This document shows, in pieces, positions 41,906 through 55,878 of a stretch of DNA of 64,000 bases. The stretch lies in assembly GCA_951406725.2 (NCBI GenBank), contig OX597827.1:66154001-66218000 (forward strand). Reading direction: 5' to 3'. Source of the DNA: Octopus vulgaris. Its lineage: Eukaryota. The number at the start of each line of letters is the position of its first letter. The first letter of the stretch is position 1. The notes beneath the pieces are model-generated. The model worked only from the letters and a program-made list of their open reading frames with translations, had not been told where the DNA came from and did no database searches. The position numbers and the translations under genes are program-made.

Positions 41906-43990
41906 CAGGCATACCTCGTTTTAAATAAGCCCGATTTACGAAACCTTATCTTTACGAATTGTGGATGAAAAACGAAAAAAACATCGTTACCATGGCAACG
42001 AGCGTCACTTCCAGTCTGGCAGCACTTGTGACCTCCAGTGATCGATTGCAACCTTCTTTCTGGATTTGTAGTGTGTCAGCGTCAACCCGGCTTCCATGAC
42101 GCTAACCCGCATTTCATCTTTGAAATTTTTGACGCATCTTTATGTTTTGGTAATACTCTTCGATGGCTTCAAAAAGAAAGAATTCTGAGAAGTAAAGTAA
42201 TTAAATTAGAAATAAAAGGCAAACATGGAAAATGTACAACTGTTAAACATCTTTTCAAAAAAGTTTGATATGGATCTTTTTTTCCGTTTGTACCATTTTG
42301 AAGAAAAATGAAGATTTTTTAAAATAAAGTTAAAGGAAGTAATTTTCTAAATTCATCTTCGTTAGGAAGAAAAGATAATGAAAGTTTAATTTCACGCACA
42401 GAAAACCTTTTGACAGCTTGGATTAATGATCAAATTCTTAGATTTCCTGTGCCACTTAGTCAGGCTATAATTTTCAGTAAAACAACTTCGTATTTTAACT
42501 CGCTCAGGGATAAATCAGATGGATGAAATGAAGCATTTGTAACGAGTACTCGTTGGTTCGATTGTTTTAAAACACGAGCAAATCTACACAATGTGACGAT
42601 CCAAGGAGAATTGTGTAGCGCAGATCAAAAAGCTGAAGCACCTTTTCATCGCCAATTAGATTTGATTAAAGAAGAAGGCTTTATACAGTCTCAAATATTT
42701 AATGTAGATGCGACGGGCGTATTTTGGAAACGAATGCCTTCAAGGATTTTATTGCGAGAGAAGAATCTTCAATGCCAGGATTTAATGCTGCAAAAAATAG
42801 GACAACATTGCTTCTAGGAGGAAATTGCGAAGAAGCCTGAAAGCTGAAGCTTATTCATTGATCTTAAACCCCCGTCCTTTAAAAGGAATTAATAAGACGA
42901 CACTTACTGTAATATGGAAGCATAAACAAAAGCTTGGGTGAGCGGATCACTGTTTGAAGATTGGTTTTTTTAATCACTTTGTTCCCGAAGTAGAAAAAGT
43001 ATTGTATGGATAAAAAATTCCTTTCAAGGTTCTTTTGATAATGAATAATGCCGCCGGTCACGCTGCATTAAGGCATCACCATCAAAATATTGATGTTTCA
43101 TTTTACCTCCAATAGAACATCTTTATTGCAGCCTATGGACCAAGGAGCCATTTCAACGTTTTAATCTTACTTTCATCTTTAAAAGACACATCGATATGAC
43201 TGATATAGAAAATGGTCTTACAATTCAAGAATTTTGGAAGAGTTTCAACGTCCTTAAGGCAATAAAATTTATTAAATAAAAAGCATGGATAAAATCGCCG
43301 AAAGGAACATGAAAGGAATGGGGGAAATATTTCTTCCCCAAATTAATTTAGGATTTTGAAGAATTTGATAAATCTTCATGAAAATCTTCAAAACGAAACT
43401 GATACGATCATAAACATTGCAAAGGAAATGCACATTGAAATTTCACCCGAAGATGCTGACAGGGATGATGTCACAAATGAAGAATTGCTAGATATGAAAA
43501 ATGAAGAATCGCCTGAAAGATGCTTCTCTGCAAAAAAAGCTAAATGGAGCATTTCTTCACATTGCAAAGGCTTTGGAAATCTTTAAGCAGCAAGATGCTG
43601 ATTTCGAAAGATGCTCAACTGTTGCTGCAAATTTAATGAGAGGTCATAGATGTTATAGTGAAATCTACCGTGAAATTAAGAAGGAATGTTTTCAACAAAC
43701 AAATTTAGACAATATTTTAACAGAGAAAACTAATGCGGACCAAACATCAAAACAAGAAGAAAGTCAACAAATAGAATTGACATGCGAACAAAAGACCCCA
43801 GTGACAGCAGATCCGATGGATACGAATTAAATTCCATGCGTGAAACTGCCTGTCTTAACGAACAGTTTACTAAGAAGCGGCTTATCGACATACTTTTCAA
43901 ATTAACTGTCATGGCATTTAGAAACATTATGATTTGTGAATTTTATAAACGCACTTGTGCAGTTCATGTTGTATGATGTGTATTTAAAGC
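41906..43990 (+). mobile_element. Decayed Tigger/pogo DNA transposon
   Basis: The 5' terminus caggcatacctcgtttta is Tigger1-like; transposase relics follow; no 3' TIR found. Confidence 0.88.
42163..43830 (+). pseudogene. Tigger/pogo (CENP-B HTH + DDE_1) transposase pseudogene
   Basis: MASKRK; LLTAWINDQ; RWFDCFKTRANLHNVTIQGE; QIFNVDATGVFWKRMP; LLLGGN; KAWV; LLIMNNAAGH; LLQPMDQG; many frameshifts and stops. Confidence 0.9.
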
Positions 43991-44037
43991 CGTTCATTGA
44001 AAACTAATTCGTATTTTGATACACCGAGACCGTAATA

Positions 44038-44275
44038 CTAGTTTCAAGATTTGGCACAAAGCCAGTCATTTGGGGGCTGGGGTAGGTCGATTGAATCAAT
44101 ACCAGTGCTCGACTGGCGCTTTCTTTTATCGAATCCGAAGGGCTTGATAGGCAAAGTTGACCTTGCTTGAATTTGAAAAGCAAATTCAACCGCGGCTGAA
44201 TATGAAAATAATGTCGGGTGAAATACCGCTTAGCATTTTCTCCAATGCGGTAACGATTCCGTTAGCTAGCGACCG
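44038..44275 (-). mobile_element. Old family-A-type SINE (alternative tail)
   Basis: ggcaaagttgacc...gaatttgaa...gaaataccgcttagcatttt; possible 10-bp TSD gaccgtaata at 44028-44037 and 44290-44299. Confidence 0.65.
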
Positions 44276-44518
44276 TTTAATATTACAGTGACCGTAATAT
44301 TAAACCACTTAATGGTACTTTGAAGGTTGATTCAGTATTCTTTGTTTCAATAATTTATATTTATGGAAAAAGAAAAACATAACATCCTCTATGTAGAAGC
44401 TTATGGCTACGAACATACGTATTTCCAGATTGATTAACCTTCAGCTCATTTTCTAGATGTATCAAGCTCAAAATATTTTTATATAATAATATCATCTATA
44501 TAAAAAGTGTTGAAGATG

Positions 44519-44844
44519 CTTTTTTTAATTCTTTCAGTCATTTGACTGTGGCCATACTCGAGCACGACCTTTAGTCGAGCAAATCGAACCCTAGACTTAT
44601 TCTTTGTAAGCCTAGTACTTATTCTATCGGTCTCTTTTGCCGAACCGCTAGGTGAAAGGGACGTAAACACACCAGCATCGGTTGTGAAGCGATGATGGCG
44701 GGGACAAACACAGACAAACAAACATATATACACGTATATATACATATATACATATATACAACGGGCTTCTTTCAGTTTCTCTCTACCAAATCTACTCACA
44801 AGGATTTGGTCGGCCCGAGGCTATTATAGAAGACACTTGCCCAA
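44519..44844 (-). mobile_element. Family-B SINE (5' truncated)
   Basis: Tail and body match the other B copies. Confidence 0.88.
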
Positions 44845-44990
44845 TATTTATTCTATCTGTCTCTCTTGCCTAACCGCTAAGGGAAGTGAAGGGGACGTAA
44901 ACACACCAGCATCGGTTATCAAGTGATGTTGGCGGGACAAACACAGCCACACAAACATACACACACGCACACACACACATACACACATAC

Positions 44991-45028
<38 letters not shown>

Positions 45029-45063
45029 TTTACTTTTTTAAGCAGCAGAAAATTCAACAAAAT

Positions 45064-45101
45064 CTGTTACTCTGAGTTTCTCGTTGCCGTTCATCAGACA
45101 G
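45064..45101 (-). ncRNA. Minimal type-I hammerhead ribozyme motif (probably decayed)
   Basis: CUGU-CUGAUGA-ACG(GCAA)CGA-GAAA-CUC(A)GAG-UA-ACAG: helix I, conserved core, GCAA-capped helix II with an A.A mismatch at its base, tiny helix III, GUA site. Confidence 0.72.
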
Positions 45102-45116
45102 TTTTTCTAGCAAAAA

Positions 45117-45153
45117 CTGTCTGATGAACGGCAACGAAAACTCAGAGTAACAG
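45117..45153 (+). ncRNA. Mirror copy of the minimal hammerhead (1-nt deletion before GAAA)
   Basis: ctgt ctgatga acggcaac gaaa actcagagta acag. Confidence 0.65.
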
Positions 45154-45439
45154 ATTTTGTTGAATTTTCTGCTACTTAAAATAAAGCATATTACTCTACC
45201 ACTGGTATTTGAGTACTCTTTTTTCCACCTTGTTTCACATTTATGTGTTTACTCCGGTATATATATATATATATATATATAAATACATATACACGACGGG
45301 CTTCTTTCAGTTTCCATCTACAAAATCCACTCACTAGGCTTTGGTCGGCCCGAGGCTATAGTAGAAGGCACTTGCCATGCACGGTTATCACTAATCCTAT
45401 TGAACCGTTTAATTTGCATTTACCTTTAACGGCATACAC

Positions 45440-45660
45440 TACAGAATACAACGGTCTTTTAAATTTCTGCATCGATCCAGATTTTATTTGCAATGTTTCA
45501 TAGTATGCTTTTGTAAGAAGCCGTAGCGCATCACAAGCCGAATACTCCCTACCTGAAACTGCCTCCCACAGCCAACCCATAGAGTCGGAATTATTCCATT
45601 ATTGAAATCTTGTGGAAAATATAATTTTGAATCTACTTTTTGCAGCTTGTGATTGCTAAC
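45440..45660 (-). pseudogene. Decayed hAT N-terminal (BED-finger-like) fragment
   Basis: Frameshifted minus-strand reading QKVDSK ... LWVGCG/EAVSGREY ... KAYYET resembles SPIN-type KVDSE...CxxCxEAVSVMKEYNLxRHYET. Confidence 0.35.
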
Positions 45661-47152
45661 AATTACAACGTAACGTTGACCGAATTCATACGCCTGAATT
45701 TCGCGACAAAATAAAAACGCATGCTTTGCGTTTCGTTAATAGTGTGTTTGCACGTTAAAGTTCAAGTGCCCTGCTCTTTAATCTCACTTCATTGTTTACA
45801 TAATCATAGTTGTTTTGTAGTTCTCGCTCGTTTCTTATAGCAGAAAGCGTATTGATGTTTTAGAATTCTTAGTTGTCATTATGTTACACTGCAGTTCATA
45901 TTGAAAGGAATTAATGAAGATATTCAATATAAACGATCCGAATTTTTGTAGATTAAAGGATCTGGTCTCCTCCCAACTGTGACGCCTAGCTTCGGTTTTT
46001 TATTCCAGATGTGATATTTTGTGGTATTGCATGGTTGCTCTTGTAAAGTGCATGATATGGAAATATCTCATTTGCAGATAACATTTTTAATTTACTGATA
46101 AACACTATCACTTAGATTTTCGTTAGAAGTATAAGAAATATGTTATATCAACACAGCATGGTATGCTATTTCAGATTAGACGTTCTTTCTTGATTCCTTG
46201 CAAATGTTGGAAACATATGTGCAATATACGTAAATTAATTTACCATGTCTAATTTGGATTAGGCACTGAATGAAAATCCGAAGACAATAATTGAGAATTT
46301 ATTACGCAGATTTAATGATAGCTGTCATACTTCTGCAATAACTCATCAACATATTCTACTACACATAGGTAAATGTTCCAGTCATCACCAAGTCTCTAAT
46401 GGAGTGGACTTCATAGTAGGTCTCGGACTGCATAGTAAGTGTCAGTAGTAAAAATGATGCTTCACGTTATGTATTCTAAGTAGTATGGGCGATACAAACT
46501 ATTCAAGTAGAATATTGTGTAACCTTGTAACCTAGAGTATAGAACAATGTTGTTGTGTATTGCAATGGTCAACTGCCATATACACGACATCACACATGAC
46601 TGTACAAATATAGCGCGCATGACTTTTACGCTTTCTTGTTTACAACAGTAGTTGATTGTTATATTGTGTCCTATGAGCCTTCTTCGGACAATACGTGCAA
46701 GTATGATATAAAAAAAGAGTGGGCTCTCACAGGACCGACAGTCTAAAAGGGAATGTTTAAGTGGAGGGTTTAGTGCACGGCTTAGAAAGTTGCTCACAAC
46801 ACAAGTGAGGAGAAGAGAAACGAGCAGTAGTGCTGGAAACATAGCATATGGCCCAGTGAACCCAGATTTCATGGAAGAGGTAATGCAAATGTAGAAGAGA
46901 AATAAAAAAAGAAAAGACGGAGAGCAGGAAAGATCATTTGCCTACTGCAGCAACGACTGTGTTTCTGATAAAGTTTTTCAACAAACGAAAGAGAATCACA
47001 AAAAACACACCTATCCCTGAGATTTTCCTTTTACTTTGTTACCTATGCTGGTGTGTGGACATATAAACAACATTTCGCAAGTGAAAGCAAATCACCATTC
47101 TGTCCGCCATCTAATATTTGTACATTGGACTCATATACTACTGGTTTATATA

Positions 47153-47390
47153 TATTTCTTTGTTGCCCACAAGGGGCTAAACATAGAGAGGACAAACAAG
47201 GACAGACAAAGGGATTAAGTTGATTACATCGACCCCCCCCCCCAGTATGAAACTGGTACTTTATTTATCGACCCCGAAAGGATGAAAGGTAAAGTCGACC
47301 TCGGCGGAATTTGAACTCATACCGTAACGACAGACGAAATACCGGTAAGCATTTCGCCCGGCGCGCTAACGAGTCTGCCAGCACGCCGCC
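47153..47390 (-). mobile_element. Family-A SINE with TSD
   Basis: 14-bp TSD tactggtttatata at 47139-47152 and 47391-47404. Confidence 0.92.
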
Positions 47391-47635
47391 TACTGGTTTA
47401 TATAAGCTGATGAGGGTTTGTGTCTTAAACGGAACGGGCTAGTGTACTCGGGCTTCTGTCTTAGACATGTTACATTTATGATTTGCTATGAGACAGTTTC
47501 GGTGAGGCAGATTTAAAATAGGTATGCGTTTAAAACTTATTATGCGCTGCATATGCACTGCTATACCGTACGCGTGTATATTATGCTTACATATACAAAG
47601 AAATATCGTGAGTTGCATTAGCTCTATTTACTATC

Positions 47636-47875
47636 GTGGAGGCGCGTGGCTTAGTGGTTAGGGGTCAGCATCAAGATTGTGGTTTCGATTACTGGACCGA
47701 GCGACGGGTAGTGTTCTTGAAAACTTCATTTCACGTTGCTCCAGTCCACTCGGCTGGCAAAAATGAGTAACGCTGCGATGGACTGGTGTCCGTCCAGCTG
47801 GGGAATACATACGCCATTGAAACCTGGAAACCATGCCCATGAACCTGGCTAGGCTTTAAAAGGGCGCATTTATTT
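47636..47875 (+). mobile_element. C-group SINE (CORE-like body + gcgatggactgg tail)
   Basis: Head gtggaggcgcgtggcttagtggttaggg; body tttcacgttgctccagtccact...aaatgagt shared with 8543; tail shared with 7502. Confidence 0.85.
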
Positions 47876-48854
47876 TATTATATATATACTGTAAGGCGTA
47901 GACAAAAGAAAAAAGAGTGGCACAGAAATTTGGTAGAGGAATATATTCGCAACATCGTCAGAGAAAAAAACTTGGCAGATCGTAGAACCGAATAAAAGAG
48001 AAATCCAATATGGCTTCTGGGTATTGATCTACACTTGTCGACGCAGGACACATTATGTTAAGATTTTCGTAGCGACATCAGTTCGCGTTCTGATTTCCTG
48101 GGACTACGTTTTAGGAAAGCATGTTGGTTGCAACACTTTATCTATGTCTTGATTTGCTAGCAACCATAGCTTGTTGGCGTTTGTGTGCGTGTGTGTGTCT
48201 GGTATGTATGAGTTCGTATCCGCTGTGAAACTTCATGTGTGCTTTCGTGTATGCGTGTGCGTGCGTATGTGTACGAATTGTGTATATTAGCAATTTTTAT
48301 TTCTTTTCTATAATCGCATTAGCTGTGTGCGTGTGTTTGTGTGTTTGTGCGTGTCTGTGTGAATGCGTGTGTGTGTGTGTGCTCCTATGTGAATCTGTGT
48401 ATCTAGTATGTGTTGGTAAATGATTGCTGCGTAGATGTAAGAGAGATGGTAATATCAAAATGTGGTAAGATGATATTTGAGACTGATTGTGCAAAGACCT
48501 TGGTTTACTTGAGGATTATTACATTATGAAAGCGATGGTAGGTCATTGTAAAGCTCACATTGTAAAGTGTTGTTCTTCTTTTGAATGGCTGAGGGCAGCA
48601 TATTGAATTTGTGAGGTTTATTGGGAGTGGGATAGATTTCTGGATTGAAAAGGTGCTTCCCTCTTTTAAGATAACAGAAGGAACTCAATATAAAACAGAA
48701 AGCTGTAGAACTTGAGTCTAATTCGCTTCAAACACAAAACCTAGTCTGTACCAGGTGACTGTGTTCCATCACCATCGCAACCAAAATCTTCGGAGTCATG
48801 AGAGGAGAAAACTAAGAAATGAAATGGCAGGAGAGAAAGGCTGGGCAACATTAA

Positions 48855-49133
48855 GGCGGCAAGCTAGCAGAAACGTTAGCACGCCGGGCGAAATGCTTAG
48901 CGGTATTTCGTCTGCTGCTACGCTCTGAGTTTAAATTCCGCCGAGGTTGACTTTGCCTTTCATACTTTTGGTGTCGATAAATTAAGTACCGGTTACACAC
49001 TGGGGTCGATGTAATCGACTTAATCCATTTGTCTCTCCTTGTTTGTCCTGTCTGTGTTTAGCCCCTTGTGGATAATAAAGAAACAGGTATTTCGTCTGCC
49101 GCTACGTTCTGTGTTCAAATTCCGCCGAGGTCG
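48855..49133 (+). mobile_element. Family-A SINE plus partial second unit
   Basis: Junction aaagaaacaggtatttcgtctg at about 49077-49098. Confidence 0.9.
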
Positions 49134-49139
49134 CTGTTC

Positions 49140-49343
49140 TCTCGTTGAATCGTTATACTGTTTGAAAGAGACAAAAGAATAGTTAGATAAGATCTGACAA
49201 TTATCCAAATATTGTCTCAGTTTCTTGTGTATGGTTTCTTGGTTTGCTGCTGGTGTACTGTCATTGGTTTCCTGAGAGTTGTTCCTGTGCACCCGATATA
49301 GATTTCTCTGCAAACGTTGCACTTTATGATGTAGATCACATAT
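49140..49343 (-). pseudogene. Penelope-like element GIY-YIG endonuclease fragment
   Basis: YVIYIIKCNVCREIYIGCTGTTLRKPMTVHQQQ fits the PLE pattern VIY-x3-C-x2-C-x3-YIG-x-T-x3-LRxRxxxH; a frameshift follows. Confidence 0.8.
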
Positions 49344-49906
49344 ACACACGTATGCACACACACACACACGCGCACACACATATACACACACACAGAAAAA
49401 ACTAGGACGTACACACAGACACACACTCATAGATATTTACATATAAAGATGGCGAAAAACAGTCATACGGTTACATAATTATGCTTCAAATATCCATAGA
49501 AGTCACTCGGCTTTTGACGATGATCTGTATATCTTTATATGAGGTTGGAGGGAGGGTTAATGTGCCGATGATTTAGTTGTCGTATGCAGCATGATGGTGT
49601 TCTTTTGCTTCTCTCATTAAAATGCAGAATATCAAATATTCCTCTCTCAGGATCTTTCAGAAATCTTGATATGATCAAGAACACTTCCTTTCATGTGGGA
49701 CTGACACAGAATTTCTTGATTAAGTTTATCATAAGATGTGTAAGGCTCTGGCAGCTTCAGTTGACTATAAGAACTTATCTCTTATAAATATCAACTCCCA
49801 TCACGCGCTTGCCTAAACACATACATGCATACCTATATATACACACTCTCCACATGTATATCTATATACACGCAAAAATGCTTACACATACGTACGCATA
49901 TACACG

Positions 49907-49953
<47 letters not shown>

Positions 49954-50036
49954 GCAAAAGTGCTTACACATACGTACGTACACACACACACATATATATA
50001 CATATATATATTCATATATATGAGTGTAGACATACA

Positions 50037-50093
<57 letters not shown>

Positions 50094-50519
50094 ACACTTA
50101 TATACATAAATACATATACAAACACACACATACGCACTCACGCAAGCTCGTCTGTACACTCACATGAACATATGGGAGTGGAGGTGTATGCTAAAGCTGC
50201 TAGAGTATATGAGAAATATAAACGTGTCACTTAGCAAATCTCTATGTAATTCTGTATCGAACAACATTAATAAATGAGGTCCACACTCTCTTCAGTTTAT
50301 ATATACGTCTGCGTAGGTTTGTGTGAAGTATGTATGAGCATGTGTATTTGTATTATTTGTCTATGCATTTAAACATATATGAATGCACATGACCACACAC
50401 ATACACATATGTAGTTTCATACAATAATATAAACACATTCACAGACATAACAAATTATGGTCATATCAATCGCAGAAAAGCTTCTATATTGAAACATGTA
50501 GTTTCCATAGACACGTTCT

Positions 50520-50730
50520 TCCTCATATTTCCCATCTCATTCTTAAAGTATTGTTTAATGACGCCATCAAGGAAATATCCACTGTAGACACTAAACTGTG
50601 TTGATGGAATCTTTAAATATGTAATATATCTTTCAGGTAATTTCTTCCCTATCAATATAATACCAAACAAAAGAAAACGCTATCCAATTCAAAGAGAAAA
50701 GCTTCGATGAATCTATTCTTCCGCCATCAT
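50520..50730 (-). pseudogene. Possible decayed non-LTR reverse transcriptase fragment
   Basis: IDSSKLFSL (cf. IDFSKAFDSL), followed by LPERYITYLK (cf. IPEKYIxLIK) and GVIKQ. Confidence 0.3.
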
Positions 50731-50894
50731 ATTCTTCCTTCCCTTTATGCGAACCACATTTAGTTCAAATGTATTATTTGGCAAGTTTCTTTCTATTTTT
50801 CAACCCCAGGCTCCGTTACATATTTTGTTCTACATTTATGTTATTTATCTTTCAATTTTCTATTCCTATATTTTATCTCTGATCTAACACTTTC

Positions 50895-50955
<61 letters not shown>

Positions 50956-52179
50956 TCATGTTTCGTAATTTCCTTTCGTTAATATAATGTTAAATTTGGA
51001 ATAATTCTTCCGTTCATTTTTCTGGGACATATTTATTGATTTTTATTATTTCGCAATTCCATTTCATTGAAACAGAAATATTCTTTTGCAATATCATATA
51101 TATTCTTCTTTAAATATTATATTTGTTGATATGTTTCTTAAATAGCTAATTATGCAATTGTTCAGCTTAAGAAATCCAGGACAATATTATTCATAATATG
51201 CTAAGTCTAATGTTTTTTTTACACCGACAATTATACTTCTGTTTAGGTTTTCCGTTCAGATTTGCTTGTAAACCATTAGATGCCTGTATTAAAAAGATAT
51301 ATAAACAATCGATATAAATCTCTAATACGGTGCGGTTTCACATTTACAAAATATACCGAATTATTTTATTTTAAATTAAATAGGCCATTTTAAATGTTGA
51401 TGTTACTTATATATTTCCTTCAAGACTCTCTAGAAATACTGGAAGAAAGCATACCTTTGAATGGCACCCCTACATCTGATATGCATTCCATGTTGTTCTT
51501 AATACGGAATCCATCTTCGTCAATCTGATTTATATTGTGTCTTGCTTGTGATACACCTCATGACACTTTCCAAAGTAAAACCCGCTTTTCTCGTATTCAT
51601 AAGAAATTTGCATGATCTCCTTTCGAAAAGTTCCTTTCATGCAAGCAGATAATTCTATTTATACTGTTGCATTAATCTGACACTTCTGGCTTCTTTTAAT
51701 TAGAAAGTGGACGCACTGAAGGTGTTCACCTTTTGCAAATATGTTTCCTTTTACGGTTCAACATTATATACCTGTATAACTAATTTCATATTAAATTACA
51801 CAGGTAGTATAAGTTCCAGTATATTAATATATATATATATTAAAATGCCTTCAAATTCCAAACAGCTACAGAAGAAAGCAAAGGGCAAACCATGATTTAC
51901 GAGGAGCCTGATAATTTGCTTTAAGGGAACGGAAGTGTTCACTATTTTCGAATTCCTATTATTCAAAAATAGGTTATTAAGAAGCACAAAACAGTTTCAG
52001 ATATTTCCTGGACGCAATTAGAATAAAAACGAAAAAGCATCAAAGCAAGGATGAAGAATATTTTCCAAGTGCGAAGAGTTTCCAAATCTCCATCAACTAC
52101 AGAACATACAAGAGAACACCAATAATCTCGTTTTTCATCATATTCTTCACGACACATCCTACCACTTCGACAACTGATT

Positions 52180-52232
<53 letters not shown>

Positions 52233-53591
52233 TGACAAATATTTTTTGTATAAACGAAGGTGTACAATACCAATTTAATAGTGCTTACATAAATAGTTCG
52301 TAGTATCTTAACAACTACAGATATATATATAAACTTATAAATTCAGCTGAGATTTTTTTAATATTATTTGCAAAATGATATTCAACAAATGTATATTATT
52401 TCTTAATCCTTCTAGATTATCCCCAAAATCTAATGTGGCAAAATCGCATCCATAATATGAGTACCAAAATCTGGATTTGTTCATTCTTTTCTTCGTTATT
52501 AATTCTAAGTTATTTAACTTTAGATTATTCACTATTACTTGAAGATGTATAGAAACTTCGATATACAGAATATTAGGCTATCCGTATCAATAAGCATTCT
52601 TTTTTTTTTGTTTTTGTTTTAAGTCTTGCAGCAAATCATTAATAGTTATTGAAACATATATTCCCAGATATAGCCTCATCGCGAAGTTAATCGAATTCAG
52701 TCAAATAAAGCTGTTTCTTATTTGGTGAGGTTTTTGCATAAACATGATTCATGATGTATTATTGACCTGAGGGAGTAACATCCAGAACATTAACTATTCT
52801 TAGTCAAGTGAAATGACGGCAGAACTTTGCAATCTTTGCCATACAATATATCATTCATGTGATTAACGTGTCATTTGTTTAACTTTTCTGAATAATAAAT
52901 ATACTTTCATTACGATATTTTTCGTTTCTATATTTTTATCTTCACTGAATATGATTTCGTCTCCGATAATTTCTGTATCAATATTTCCTTACGCAAACCA
53001 CTATACAACTACAACACAGTAACTTTCTAAACCATGCGTCAAACTTCAATTTATACGTTTAACGACAAGAAATAGACATCTCTCTTTCATTATACACGAC
53101 GCAGAAATAATGAGACATCATCTCATAATGTAATCCCTATGTCAAATATTAGCTACGTTTCTCGCCCAAACACTTCGACCAACTAATCTTATGAGTGTTC
53201 TGTTCGTTATTTTTATATTAGGAAGACACCTAGAGGTATTTGTCTTCTAACCGTTCGGACAATCTTTGGTTACCTATATTTGTACACGATATATGGTATA
53301 TCTGGGTGATCACGTATTTCTATTCAATATGCAGAATATAATTCTCGGGTGGTCGTTTTTCATAAGACGCCTTAGTTTATCAGTTCTGATCCTTTGTATA
53401 CTTATTACATTAGAATTGCTCTCTGAAGAGAATACTCTTCATTGAACAGTCAAACAAGTTGGGTTTAGTTTTATTGCTGTCAATAAAAACCTCTGTGGTG
53501 TTTGCCATCCCAGGCAATCGGTTGAACTCCAGTACGTATTGCTTGTATATATATATATATTATACACACACACACACACACACACATACAC

Positions 53592-53747
<156 letters not shown>

Positions 53748-54939
53748 AAAATATTGAGAGCGCTGCATATATTTGCTTCATTAATTTTTTCTAAATGTGT
53801 CGTACTGTGTTTGTCAGCCATTGAAATATGAAAACCAAATATTGAATTGAACAAAGCTATAAACAAAGAAAAAATACATAGCTAATAAATAGCGAAATGA
53901 ATGTTATTCTGCATATTAGGTTTCCTCTTATCCATAACCATTTGAACGTACATATTCAAATTGTGTTGTTCTCTTTATATTAATGTATATTTCTTCTAAA
54001 TTTTTTAGGTCACTTATATCGCATAGGTAATTAAATGGCATTGCATTCTATCCAGAAAGCATTGCAATATATCCAGAAAATATTACCTTATATACAGAAA
54101 GATAAACAGAAAGCTAATCGATGTAGATTAGTTTGGTGCGATTTGAACCTATATTATTAAGCGATGTAACTAAATAACGTAAGACTTCCTCTGCCTGCAT
54201 AACGATTTTGCCATACGTGGCATTTGAATAGTGTTATACGAAGTTGACTTTTTAGCAATAACCCATTGAATTAGACAATTTTTTTAAAATGTTTCGTTCA
54301 ATTGACTTGAATAGATTATTTCACACAACTGTAGTTATTAGCTTCTTTATTCCAATTTCAATACATTTTCTTCTTTCTTTAAACGATGTCAAGTAAAAGA
54401 GATTCCGACATTCACGGATATTGAGGTAGTTGATTCTGAGACACAACAAAGCTATTTATGCTTCGCGTTTCTTTTTTTTTCTTTTTATTCAGTTAATGTC
54501 AGTTCATATTGTTCACATTTTGCCAATTTTTTTATCTATATAATTCCATTCAATTTCCAATTTATTACAAAGATTACTAAATTAAATTTCTTTGACATAT
54601 TGTTTGTCGCTTTGCTTTTTTCGATTCTCAAAGACTTTTTATATAAATTTTTGTGTCATTTATAGAACGATTTTGGAAATCGATGTTCACACTGCAGCGA
54701 ACCGTGCAAAGTATTTTTTTTTATTCCAATACGCATAGGCATTAAAGTGGAACATAATTTTAGTAGGCTGTTCTTGTAATTAAACTAGAATGCGTTTACG
54801 GTGGCATTCATTGAGAGGAAATACTGAGTGTTGAAGGTCTAGTGATCCTGAATCATATCGACGTAACTGGTTTAATATTTTTTTATCATATTCTCCGTAA
54901 GAAGCAATATCATAACTTTCATATCTATTGATTGATTCA

Positions 54940-55037
<98 letters not shown>

Positions 55038-55214
55038 ATGTATGTATATGTGGGTGCTTATGGATAATTTATATGCATGTCTAAATACAAACACAGACGT
55101 ACATACATATTATCACACACATATACATACGCATCTATATTGCATCTATCTATATATACATATATGTGTATATACATACATACACACACATACACACACA
55201 CACACACATATATG

Positions 55215-55255
<41 letters not shown>

Positions 55256-55269
55256 TATATGTATATATG

Positions 55270-55313
<44 letters not shown>

Positions 55314-55713
55314 TATTTCAGCAGTTTAGAAGAAATGTTAGAAATGAGAAAGAATGGTTTCTTTTCATATTTGATTCGATTCAAGCATTTCGATTTCAAA
55401 TACGACTCAAAACTTCTAAATTTTATCCTTCAGTGAGTCAATACGTAATGTATTAATTACATTAGCGATGCCTTTCAAATTATAAAAGTGTTCGGAATAA
55501 ATTTGAGGATTTTTATATCCGTATATGCGTTCTGTATCAAAATTCCTCTAAGTTCAACTTCGCTTTTCACCACTTCAGAGTGAATAAAATATGGACCTCT
55601 GAAGAACTATCACCTCTTGCTTCGAGGTGGTCCAGAAAATGTATTTTTGTTTAAATCACGAAGTTTTAGCCCTAATCAGTGTTTAGGTCTGAGCAGAATT
55701 ACATAAGCTGAAA

Positions 55714-55878
55714 TACGTCGCCCGGCTTACCGATAATCGGTGGACCCGCGCAGTTGTCGGGTGGTACCCGCGCGAGCGCAAACGACCACCCGGAAGGCCT
55801 CCACGACGGTGGAGCTACGATTTTAGGAGGACGATTGGGATCATGTGGATGAGAAAGGCGCGATCCAGAGAGGAGTGA
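55714..55878 (+). pseudogene. RTE-clade LINE ORF C-terminal fragment
   Basis: Plus-frame YVARLTDNRWTRAVVGWYPRERKRPPGRPPRRWSYDFRRTIGIMWMRKARSREE* matches the RTE C-terminal HVAR..DNRW....W.PR..KR..GRP..RW motif; not in the ORF track because it has no start codon. Confidence 0.88.

Larger units (their letters stand above)
45028..45258 (+). mobile_element. Penelope-like pLTR fragment in inverted (fold-back) arrangement
   Basis: About 70-bp arms at 45036-45106 and 45112-45181 with a 5-nt spacer, then a unique tail to 45258; flanked by (TA)n; contains a hammerhead core. Confidence 0.75.
44848..45376 (-). mobile_element. Second family-B partial copy, with its internal (TA)n interrupted by a Penelope-like insert
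   Basis: B sequence runs 44848-45005 and resumes (cgacgggcttctttcagtttcc) at about 45293. Confidence 0.85.

Noticed and set aside
47401-47450. ctgatgag as a hammerhead core
   Set aside because: No properly placed GAAA or supporting helices I and III.
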